Positions 1 through 7,814 of a stretch of DNA of 64,000 nucleotides are shown in pieces. The notes under the pieces were generated by a model. That model searched no databases, was not told where the DNA came from, and saw nothing but the letters and a program-made list of their open reading frames with translations. Made by a program: the position numbers and the translations under genes. The stretch comes from a virus (Duplodnaviria > Caudoviricetes): the IMG/VR virus record IMGVR_UViG_3300043960_000133, positions 25,205-89,204 of that record; one strand, 5' to 3'. The first letter of the stretch is position 1. Every line of letters starts with the position of its first letter.

Positions 1-84
1 ATGTATAAAAGGGACAAGGAAGCAGCCCTGGAGAGAATCCAGGCGGGAATTATGGAATTTAGGAAACGGTTTGGTGGTGGTTGA

Positions 85-1932
85 ATGTATGAAAAGGAAC
101 TGCGGGCCGCAAAGGTCCCCGCGGAACTCAAAAACTACATAGGCGACTATTACTGGGCGTTAGTTGAACGGGATAAAAAGGGACTGCTGGGGCGGGCAGA
201 GCTGTTATGCTTCACCCGTTTTTTAAACCTCGCGAAAAAATACCGTTTCGCCGCTGATGAAATGGCAACGATGTTTAAATTCCTGAATCTGCTGATTTAC
301 GTGGACCAGGACGGCAAAGCAAAGCACCTGGAGTTATATCCGGCACAAAAATTTATCATGTGCGGAATTTTCGGTTTGCGTCGCCCGGACGGCGGGTACC
401 TGGTGAATACAGCCAATATTTACGTTGCCCGGCGTAATGGGAAGTCGTTTTTATTGTCCGGTGTACTGCATTATTTAATGACCATGAGCAAATACCGGAA
501 TGAGAACATCATCCTGGCCAGCTGCAAGGGGCAAAACGCGGAAATCTGTTTCGATGAATTTGTAAAATTTATCGACAATGACCCATACCTGGCGGAAACA
601 TACACTAACGTAAACCGGACGGCCTGCTGGGCCAAAAGCCGGATTACTAACAACAAGTTGGACATGTTCCGGACGGGCAGCGGTGCCAAGAAATCCCTGG
701 ACGGATTTACGAACCGTGTGGCCGTCATTGATGAAGAAATGTTGTGCGACGAAATCATCACCAAAACCATCCAAGATGGGCAAGGGCATTATAAAGACAA
801 GTTACTTGTGACCATGAGCACGGCGCAGTTTGAAATCGGCGGGACGAACCATAAAAAATGGTTGAGCTTAGAAAAGAACCTGTTCGAGGGAACCCTGCCG
901 GACGAAAATTTCCTGTTTTTGTGCGAACCGGATAAAGAGGATATAGCGAAAAAAGATTTTGCCTCTATCAAGGTGTGGGGAAAGGCAAATCCGATCCTGC
1001 TTTTTCAGCAGGACGGATACACCGTGAAAGACTATATCAAAAAATCCTACACGGCAAAGGCGCGGGCAGCGAACGAGGTTAAAGGGTTTGAGCTGCAATC
1101 ATTCGCCACAAAGCAATGTAACGTATGGTATTCCGCGGAGGACCGCGGCTTATGCACATTCGAGCAGATGAAAGCCTGCGGCGCGCCCGTTGGTTTTGCC
1201 GATGTTGTGGGCAAGGGCTATAAAGATTGGTATTTAGGGATTGATCTGTCTCACACCCTGGATTTAACATCCGTCTGGTTCGGGGCCGTCGTCAAGGAAC
1301 AGAATGGGAAAATTTTAAAAGCCGGGAGTCTGAAAGGAACCCCGCGGATGTTTTGCCACGTCGTTAGCTGGATGCCTAAAAATAAATTGCAGATGCACGT
1401 GGACGCCGATAAATTTCCCTACCGGGATTATGTGGACAAGGAATTATTTTTATGTACCGGCGGGGGCGGCGAAAACATCGACGCCGGGCAGGTCCTGGAA
1501 TATATCCAGGCTACGATGGATAAATACGGCCTGCATTATGTGACCATTGCCGCCGACCCCTACGGGATTGCTGGCATACAAGAGCACCTGGCCGAAATGT
1601 GCGACACCTTCATTTTGCAAAATCAAAGCCCCAAGGCGTTGAGCCAGTACATCGAAATTTTGTCCGGACTCTGGAAAGACAAATCCATTATCTACAGCGC
1701 CGGGAACGAGGACATACTGGAAAAAGCTATGATGAACGCCGTAATGGTCAAGAATCCGACGGGCTATTATAGCCTGGAAAAAATCAGCCTACGAGCTGAC
1801 AGCAACGTGCGCATTGACCCGGTGGACGCAATGTTAACAGGGTTTATCGCACCGTATATCGACTGGAACCGGGGCGACGTTGACGGCAACGAAGCCGTGG
1901 ACGATTGGTTGGAATTAGTAAGGGGTGATTAA
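85..1932 (+). CDS. terL: Terminase large subunit (phage 1)
   Basis: Walker A ARRNGKS, Walker B VAVIDE, nuclease motifs GIDLS and DPVDAM; 615 aa. Confidence 0.92.
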   Translation: MYEKELRAAKVPAELKNYIGDYYWALVERDKKGLLGRAELLCFTRFLNLAKKYRFAADEMATMFKFLNLLIYVDQDGKAKHLELYPAQKFIMCGIFGLRRPDGGYLVNTANIYVARRNGKSFLLSGVLHYLMTMSKYRNENIILASCKGQNAEICFDEFVKFIDNDPYLAETYTNVNRTACWAKSRITNNKLDMFRTGSGAKKSLDGFTNRVAVIDEEMLCDEIITKTIQDGQGHYKDKLLVTMSTAQFEIGGTNHKKWLSLEKNLFEGTLPDENFLFLCEPDKEDIAKKDFASIKVWGKANPILLFQQDGYTVKDYIKKSYTAKARAANEVKGFELQSFATKQCNVWYSAEDRGLCTFEQMKACGAPVGFADVVGKGYKDWYLGIDLSHTLDLTSVWFGAVVKEQNGKILKAGSLKGTPRMFCHVVSWMPKNKLQMHVDADKFPYRDYVDKELFLCTGGGGENIDAGQVLEYIQATMDKYGLHYVTIAADPYGIAGIQEHLAEMCDTFILQNQSPKALSQYIEILSGLWKDKSIIYSAGNEDILEKAMMNAVMVKNPTGYYSLEKISLRADSNVRIDPVDAMLTGFIAPYIDWNRGDVDGNEAVDDWLELVRGD

Positions 1933-2229
1933 ATGGTCACACTAGACGAAGTGAAAGAATACTTGAATATCGTCGGGGACGACGACGACCGGATTTTAAA
2001 CCGGGAAATTGTCGCCGGGTACGGCTACCTGGGGGACGCCGTGGACGACTTCCAGGAAATTTATGACAGCAACGAAAGTTTTAAGACAAAGGCCGACGCC
2101 TGGGTGCTGGATTTTTGGCTGCCGGATGCCTACGACAACCGGGAAGGCGGATGGGCTGAGGGCGGCGCCGGGATGGACCCCCGCGCCCGTGCCATGATTA
2201 CCCAATTGCAGCTTTATAGAAAGGAATGA
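1933..2229 (+). CDS. Head-tail connector (HK97 gp6-like)
   Basis: N-terminus MVTLDEVKEYLNI-DDDD typical of gp6 connectors; YDNRE motif. Confidence 0.8.
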   Translation: MVTLDEVKEYLNIVGDDDDRILNREIVAGYGYLGDAVDDFQEIYDSNESFKTKADAWVLDFWLPDAYDNREGGWAEGGAGMDPRARAMITQLQLYRKE

Positions 2230-2233
2230 GGGA

Positions 2234-3004
2234 ATGGAAAATATTGCTTTAATCGGGCCGGTTTATGATTGTCTTGAAACGGATGAGCTTGTCGCTAGTA
2301 TCCAGGGGGCCGCGGAAGATTACAGCCTGGACATTAACAGCCCGGGCGGCGATGTATTTGCTGGCTTGACCATTGTAAACGCCATCCAAAACAGTGAGCA
2401 CAAGGCAACGGCGAACGTCCATGTCATGGCTGCTAGCATTGCCGCCATCATCGCCCTGGCTTGCGACGAAGTGGTGGTGGATGAAAACAGCGTTGTGATG
2501 CTGCACAACTGCTGGACTGTTGCCGACGGAAACAAGGAAGAGCTACAGAACGCCGTGGAAGCGATGAAGCGGATTGACGCCATCCAGCGGAACATCCTGT
2601 CCGCCCATTGCCGGGACATTGATAAGGTGAGCGCGGCCATGGACGCCGGGGATTTTTGGATGACAGCCGACGAAGCCGCGGAATATTTTGACAACGTGGT
2701 AGTTAAAAAGGTGGAGCGCCCCGAAGGTTCCCTGGCCGCCGTCGGGAGCTTGTGCGGCCTGGTTATTAAATCTAGGGCAAAAGCCGAAGAAAACAAAGAC
2801 GACGAACCGGAAGGGGGCGGCGACGATGAACCCGCGGAACCTGATGAAGGCGAACCGGAAAACCATGAACAGGGTGATAATGAGGACGGCGAAAAGAAGC
2901 CGGATCCGGATTCCGGCGAGGATGATAAAAAGCCGCAGGCGTACGTTGTCCCACCCGCCCTGAAGGCGCTTTTTGCGGACGTTGACCGGGAACTGGAGGG
3001 CTAA
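2234..3004 (+). CDS. ClpP-type prohead protease with acidic low-complexity C-terminus
   Basis: INSPGGDV, AASIAA, MLHN motifs of phage Clp proteases; D/E/G/P-rich tail. Confidence 0.88.
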   Translation: MENIALIGPVYDCLETDELVASIQGAAEDYSLDINSPGGDVFAGLTIVNAIQNSEHKATANVHVMAASIAAIIALACDEVVVDENSVVMLHNCWTVADGNKEELQNAVEAMKRIDAIQRNILSAHCRDIDKVSAAMDAGDFWMTADEAAEYFDNVVVKKVERPEGSLAAVGSLCGLVIKSRAKAEENKDDEPEGGGDDEPAEPDEGEPENHEQGDNEDGEKKPDPDSGEDDKKPQAYVVPPALKALFADVDRELEG

Positions 3005-4237
3005 ATGTTTGAAAAAATAAAAGCCTATATCCGCGGGTATCCCCCGGCAAAACAGTACCAGAACCTGGCACCGGTGGGATACGGCCGCGCGTTTAACATC
3101 AGCCCGAACGCGGATGTGATTTTTGCAACGTGCGTTAAAATCCTGGCACAAAACCTGGCCCAGTTCCGGTGGACGGTTTACCGTCCTGATTCCACCGCGG
3201 AACCTGCTGCCGTGCCGGGAAGTGCAAACGTCCTGAATTATCAGCCATATCCTGGAATTAATGCGTATACGTTTTGGGAATACATGGAAAAACAACGGCT
3301 TTTATATGGCAATGCGTTTGCGTATATCAACTGTGACCGTACAACGGCACTGGCCGCCCTGGTGCCCCTGGACGCCGGGAGTATGCAGGTAGTGTGGGAT
3401 GATGCCAATATCCTGGATGGGCAGAGAAAGCTGGTTTACCGGTATACCGACCCGCGGAACGGGGAAACGTATACCATCCTGCCGGAGGAAATATTACATT
3501 TCCGGGCATTTTCCACCAACGGAATTTTAGGCCGCCCGGCGGGCGTCGTATTGCGCGACACCCTAGCGGCGAACGCGGAAGTGGAGGGCGCCATTAGGAG
3601 CACGATTTCCAACGGTTTTTCCGGGACTATCGTCTTGACGTATACGTCCGACTTGAGCAAGACGAAACAGAAAGAGCTGCAAGCACAGATCAAGGAGCTG
3701 CTGTCCAACAGCAATGCCACCATTTTGCCGCTGCCTGCCGGAATGGAAGCAAGCAACATCACAAACGACGTGGGAAATTATTACCAGCTCGTTAAGGAAT
3801 CCAAAGCGGAAGACATTTCCGCCCTGTTTGGTATCCCGCTGGCCATGTTAAACCGGATGGGCGGCACCGGCACGGCAACGTTTTCCGCGTCTCAAATGAT
3901 GCAGTTCTTTTCCCAAACCATTGCCCCGATTTTAGAGCAATACGCCGCGGAATTATCCGTCAAGCTGCTGTCCGAACGGCAGCGGAACGCCGGGCTGAGG
4001 TTTGGAACCGTGAATGATGTTTTTGACACCCTGGATGCCCAAAGCAAGGCGTCCGTCTTGTGCAGCTACACCGGCGCCGGGATTTTGACGCCGAACGAAG
4101 CCCGGGCCAGTCTGAAATATCCGCGGTTGGACAGCCCGGAGGCTGATATGTTGACCCAACGGGGCGGCACTGGTGCCCTGGGGGACAGCCCGGGCGACGA
4201 ACAGGGTAATGAAGGAGGAGAAAATGGCAACGATTGA
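3005..4237 (+). CDS. Portal protein (HK97 family)
   Basis: LLYGNAFAYI, EEILHFR, ISALFGIP, LTPNEAR motifs. Confidence 0.9.
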   Translation: MFEKIKAYIRGYPPAKQYQNLAPVGYGRAFNISPNADVIFATCVKILAQNLAQFRWTVYRPDSTAEPAAVPGSANVLNYQPYPGINAYTFWEYMEKQRLLYGNAFAYINCDRTTALAALVPLDAGSMQVVWDDANILDGQRKLVYRYTDPRNGETYTILPEEILHFRAFSTNGILGRPAGVVLRDTLAANAEVEGAIRSTISNGFSGTIVLTYTSDLSKTKQKELQAQIKELLSNSNATILPLPAGMEASNITNDVGNYYQLVKESKAEDISALFGIPLAMLNRMGGTGTATFSASQMMQFFSQTIAPILEQYAAELSVKLLSERQRNAGLRFGTVNDVFDTLDAQSKASVLCSYTGAGILTPNEARASLKYPRLDSPEADMLTQRGGTGALGDSPGDEQGNEGGENGND

Positions 4238-4574
4238 TAAAACCGTAAAATTTAAAGCGGGCGGCAAAGAGTACGCTGTGTGTTATCCGTTGAAAGCCGT
4301 CATGGGAGCCGAACAGGAACTGCCCGGAAACAGCTTGTTTAAGGCCGTAGCCGTGGCCAGCCTGACGAATTTTTACATCATGCTAAAATGGGGACTTATC
4401 GGCGGCGGGATGCCCGAAAACACATCGGCGGAAACGTTTGACGAAATCTGGGGCGCGGCCCTGGCTGAAATGAGCGCGCAGGACCTGTACATGAAGGTGT
4501 TGGTGCCCGCGCTGATGAAGTCCGGGACGTTTGGGAAGGTCCCAAAAAACCTGCCCCAGGGGACCAAAAAATAA
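4224..4574 (+). CDS. Tail assembly chaperone (gpG-like)
   Basis: RBS GGAGG before ATG 4224; chaperone-like size and sequence; slippery site C-CCA-AAA-AAC near the 3' end. Confidence 0.7.
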   Translation: MATIDKTVKFKAGGKEYAVCYPLKAVMGAEQELPGNSLFKAVAVASLTNFYIMLKWGLIGGGMPENTSAETFDEIWGAALAEMSAQDLYMKVLVPALMKSGTFGKVPKNLPQGTKK

Positions 4575-4948
4575 AATCCTATGAATCTGTTACAGAACTT
4601 GCAACGGAACTGGAAAAAATCGCTTTTGGGGAACTGAACCTAAAGCCGTGGGAATTTGAGCGGCTGACGGTTGGGGAGCTGGACGCCCTGTTTGAGGGGT
4701 ACATGCGGAGGGTAGATCGGGAGGAAGATTTACTAATCAGACGCGTATCCCTGCCCGTGTATCAGTCAATGCTAGGAAAACACGCTCCCACCTATGAGCA
4801 ATTGACCGCCTACAGGCGGAAGAATAAAGCGCCGGGGAAAATGGACCCCGCCCTGGCTGAGAAATGGAGGAAAATATTTAATGTTACACTCCCTGGAGTT
4901 AAAAAGGGAGCTGGCCGCAATCAGGGCCAGCCTGAAAAAGAAGGTTGA
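4544..4948 (+). CDS. -1 frameshift extension of tail chaperone (gpGT-like)
   Basis: The -1 frame is open from AAAAAAC (4544-4550) to 4948 and reads KKPAPGDQKIKSYESVTELATELEKIAFGELNLKPWEFERLTVGELDALFEGYMRR..., with a gpT-like PWEF motif. It includes listed ORF 4703..4948. Confidence 0.72.
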   Translation, partial: KKPAPGDQKIKSYESVTELATELEKIAFGELNLKPWEFERLTVGELDALFEGYMRRVDREEDLLIRRVSLPVYQSMLGKHAPTYEQLTAYRRKNKAPGKMDPALAEKWRKIFNVTLPGVKKGAGRNQGQPEKEG

Positions 4949-6011
4949 AAACCAGGAGCCGGTGAGCGCCGAAGAACAGCAGCGCCTGCAGGCCGCACTG
5001 GACGAATATAAAAACGCCGTTACCGCGGAGATCGCGGAGAAAGGAAAGAAACCGATTATGGAAAAAGTAACTAGAGGAATGATTAACGCAGCCCTGAAAG
5101 ATTTCTTGCGCGGTGATCGCGAAAAAATGAACGCCCTGGACGCCACCATGAAAGCAGCGTTCCAGGCAGCGGCCACCGGGCAAAATGGGGCCGTGTCTGC
5201 TGACGGCGGGTTCCTGATTCCCGAAATCCTGCTGCCCGTCGTGGAAAATGACCGTCAGGGCGTCGACCTGCGGTCCATCGTAACCGGTGTTACCGTTGGG
5301 ACCCGTTCCGGCAAAATCCCCGTCATTGATTATGCCAACCAGGCAGGCGTGACACTGGAAGCCTTTGACGAAAATAACAGCATTAAAGAGGGCAAGGCCG
5401 CATTTACCCAGCTGGCATTTACCCTGGCTAGCAAAGGCGCACTCATTCCCGTGTCCAACGAGCTGATTCGAGACAGCGCCACCGATATTGTGGCGCTGAT
5501 TACCACCCTGTTTAACCGGATTTACATTAACGATGTAAACAAAGACATTCTGACCCAGGCCGTTGCCCCGTCCGACGTGAAGAAAAACACCGTCGCCGAT
5601 TTCGGGACCGTTGCCGCCATCGACGCCATCAAAAAGGCCATCATTACCTGCCCGCTGGACGCCGGGGCCAACGCGTCCGTTGTCGTCAACCAGAACACGT
5701 TCGCCGCAATGGCCCTCGCCAAAGACACCCAGGGCCGTTACCTGCTGGCACGTGATGCAAACAATGAAACCGTACGGCAGATTGAAAGCCGTCCTATCCA
5801 CGTTGTAGAAGGTGCCGCCCTGGCTGATAATACGGCCGTCATTGGTGACTATAGAGCACTGTACCACATCGCGTACCCCGCTCTGGAAGTACAGTCCAGC
5901 ACCGAAGCCGGTTTCCGGACCAACAGCACCATCGTTCGCGCCGTCGCCCGCTTTACCGACCTGAATACCTACGGCAAATGCTTTACTGTCCTGAGCAAGG
6001 CCGGAGCATAA
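4881..6011 (+). CDS. Major capsid protein (HK97 fold, N-terminal delta domain)
   Basis: ADGGFLIP, PVSNELIRDS, AVIGDY motifs; coiled-coil N-terminus. Confidence 0.92.
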   Translation: MLHSLELKRELAAIRASLKKKVENQEPVSAEEQQRLQAALDEYKNAVTAEIAEKGKKPIMEKVTRGMINAALKDFLRGDREKMNALDATMKAAFQAAATGQNGAVSADGGFLIPEILLPVVENDRQGVDLRSIVTGVTVGTRSGKIPVIDYANQAGVTLEAFDENNSIKEGKAAFTQLAFTLASKGALIPVSNELIRDSATDIVALITTLFNRIYINDVNKDILTQAVAPSDVKKNTVADFGTVAAIDAIKKAIITCPLDAGANASVVVNQNTFAAMALAKDTQGRYLLARDANNETVRQIESRPIHVVEGAALADNTAVIGDYRALYHIAYPALEVQSSTEAGFRTNSTIVRAVARFTDLNTYGKCFTVLSKAGA

Positions 6012-6012
6012 A

Positions 6013-6375
6013 ATGTTCCGGCGAAATCCGGGCCGATTTACGGAAACTGTGAAGCTGATGAAGCCTAGCGTCCCTAAACGGGACGCCCTGGGCGGCGTCA
6101 GCGCAACGACTTATACGGATTTTTTAAAGCTACGGGCGCTTGTAACCGTCAAGAGCCAAAGCAAACAGCAGATCATCGGCGATTATGTGACCGTTGACAC
6201 CCGTTATTTTTTGGTGCGGGACACCCGCAAAACGTGCCCGGACCTAGACAGCACCTGGCGCCTGGAGTGGGGCGGGAAGGCGTATAAAATCAACGATGTT
6301 TTGTTGATCGACGAAAGCCGCCCGCCCTATGTGCAGATCACGGCAACGGCCATTACGGGAGGCGGTAAGTTATGA
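6013..6375 (+). CDS. Head closure / head-tail adaptor (SPP1 gp16-like)
   Basis: NPGRFTETVKL N-terminus; size and position. Confidence 0.7.
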   Translation: MFRRNPGRFTETVKLMKPSVPKRDALGGVSATTYTDFLKLRALVTVKSQSKQQIIGDYVTVDTRYFLVRDTRKTCPDLDSTWRLEWGGKAYKINDVLLIDESRPPYVQITATAITGGGKL

Positions 6376-6833
6376 CGTACAAATTACCGTTTACCGCTAT
6401 CAGCAAAGCCCTATATGCCACGTTAAACGGGCAAGGACTGGAATGGTTTGACAGCGCGGTGCCGATTTCGGAAATCGAAGATTATTTTCGGAGCCAGGCT
6501 GAATTTGCCTATGGGATTTTGGGCGCGGCCGACATGGACGCACGGGACACCAAGACGGGCCCCGTGTGGACCATGACCATTAATCTGCAAATTTACAGCA
6601 ATTATCGCGGGAGAAAAGACGTTGCACAAAAGTTGGAAGCTACGTTTTGCCTCCTGGCAAGTCCGGAAGGGCGCGCGGCGTTAAACAAGAGCTTAAACGA
6701 CGACGGTTTTACCCTGGTGGACCTGACCATCGGTGCTGTATCTATCAGCTTACCGATCGTAGGCGACGCCGGGGAGTGGCAAAACGGCAGCATTAATTTA
6801 AAAATTCGTGTAGGACAGTTAAAGGAGGACTAA
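6372..6833 (+). CDS. Tail completion/terminator protein (SPP1 gp17/DUF3168-like)
   Basis: Position before major tail gene; INLQIYSNY-GRK motif. Confidence 0.6.
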   Translation: MTYKLPFTAISKALYATLNGQGLEWFDSAVPISEIEDYFRSQAEFAYGILGAADMDARDTKTGPVWTMTINLQIYSNYRGRKDVAQKLEATFCLLASPEGRAALNKSLNDDGFTLVDLTIGAVSISLPIVGDAGEWQNGSINLKIRVGQLKED

Positions 6834-6838
6834 TTTAA

Positions 6839-7339
6839 ATGAGCGTGACAATTACTGCGGAAAATTTGCCGCAATTTGACGGCGCGGCCGGGATTTCCGG
6901 CAAGAAACGCCTGTTATATGTAAACTACGGGACCGGCGCCACCGCCGACTCCCCGAAATGGACCCTTATTGGCGGGGCCGAAGATTTTACCATGAGTCCG
7001 ACGGTTAACACCCAAAGCAAGACCACCAAAGACAGCGGCGGCTGGTCCATCGCGGCCCCGACCGGTAAAAGTTTTGAAATTTCTTCTAAACTGGTGGCAA
7101 TCGCGGGCGATGTGGGGCAGAACGTCCTGAAATCTTTCGTCTATGACGATAAATGCACCGACAAAAACGCGTTGCAGTTTGCCTATGTAGACGTAGACAG
7201 CAAGGATTTCATGCAGTTTACCGCCGTAGTAACGAGTTTCGAAGAAACCAGTGCCGCCGAAGACCTGGTGGAATACAGCATGAAGGCTACCGGGACCGGG
7301 AAGCCGGAAATGAAAACCGGGTTTACCGCTGGTGAATAA
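6839..7339 (+). CDS. Major tail (tube) protein
   Basis: SKTTKDSGGW, VEYSMKATGTG motifs of siphovirus tube proteins; followed by a terminator. Confidence 0.8.
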   Translation: MSVTITAENLPQFDGAAGISGKKRLLYVNYGTGATADSPKWTLIGGAEDFTMSPTVNTQSKTTKDSGGWSIAAPTGKSFEISSKLVAIAGDVGQNVLKSFVYDDKCTDKNALQFAYVDVDSKDFMQFTAVVTSFEETSAAEDLVEYSMKATGTGKPEMKTGFTAGE

Positions 7340-7345
7340 CTGAAC

Positions 7346-7372
7346 AGGGCCGCCACCGCGGCCCTTCTTTAT
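7346..7372 (+). terminator. Intrinsic terminator after major tail gene
   Basis: AGGGCCGC-CACC-GCGGCCCT hairpin followed by TCTTTATT. Confidence 0.7.
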
Positions 7373-7389
7373 TATTATGAGGTGAGAAC

Positions 7390-7803
7390 GTGGAAACCAT
7401 TGCAGAGCTACAAGCAAGGATACAAAAATATACCGATGCAGGGTTTACCGCGGACGTCGTTAAAGCCGCCCGGGAAGCGCAAAACGCGACCTGCGACTAT
7501 ATCCGGCGTACCCATCCCCAGACAGGGTTCGGCGGGATGGAAATATCGAAATATATACAAAAGGGAAAATTTACAGTTGAAAACGTAGGCGTGGTTAACG
7601 CCACGGTTTACGCAAATTATTTTGCCCGTTGGTACAACACGGGGGCATATGGCCGGGCAATCCGCAAGAGAGGACCGCGGCAAGGAATGAAAGGCCCTGA
7701 ATATGCACCACACGGGAATTATTTTGAAAAGAACGCGCAAGCGATTGAACAATATTTTACTGATTATCTTTTGAATTACTTGAAAGAACACATTGACCTG
7801 TAG
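7390..7803 (+). CDS. Putative HK97 gp10-like neck/tail component
   Basis: RBS GAGGTG; ARWYNTG motif; size. Confidence 0.45.
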   Translation: METIAELQARIQKYTDAGFTADVVKAAREAQNATCDYIRRTHPQTGFGGMEISKYIQKGKFTVENVGVVNATVYANYFARWYNTGAYGRAIRKRGPRQGMKGPEYAPHGNYFEKNAQAIEQYFTDYLLNYLKEHIDL

Positions 7804-7814
7804 GAGGTGGGGAA

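Noticed and set aside
1-84. 28-codon frame before terL as terS
   Set aside because: It is probably the 3' end of an upstream gene cut by the window edge; too short to assign.
2790-2930. Acidic low-complexity tract in the phage 1 protease as a repeat element
   Set aside because: It is an in-frame disordered linker or scaffold-like tail with no nucleotide periodicity.
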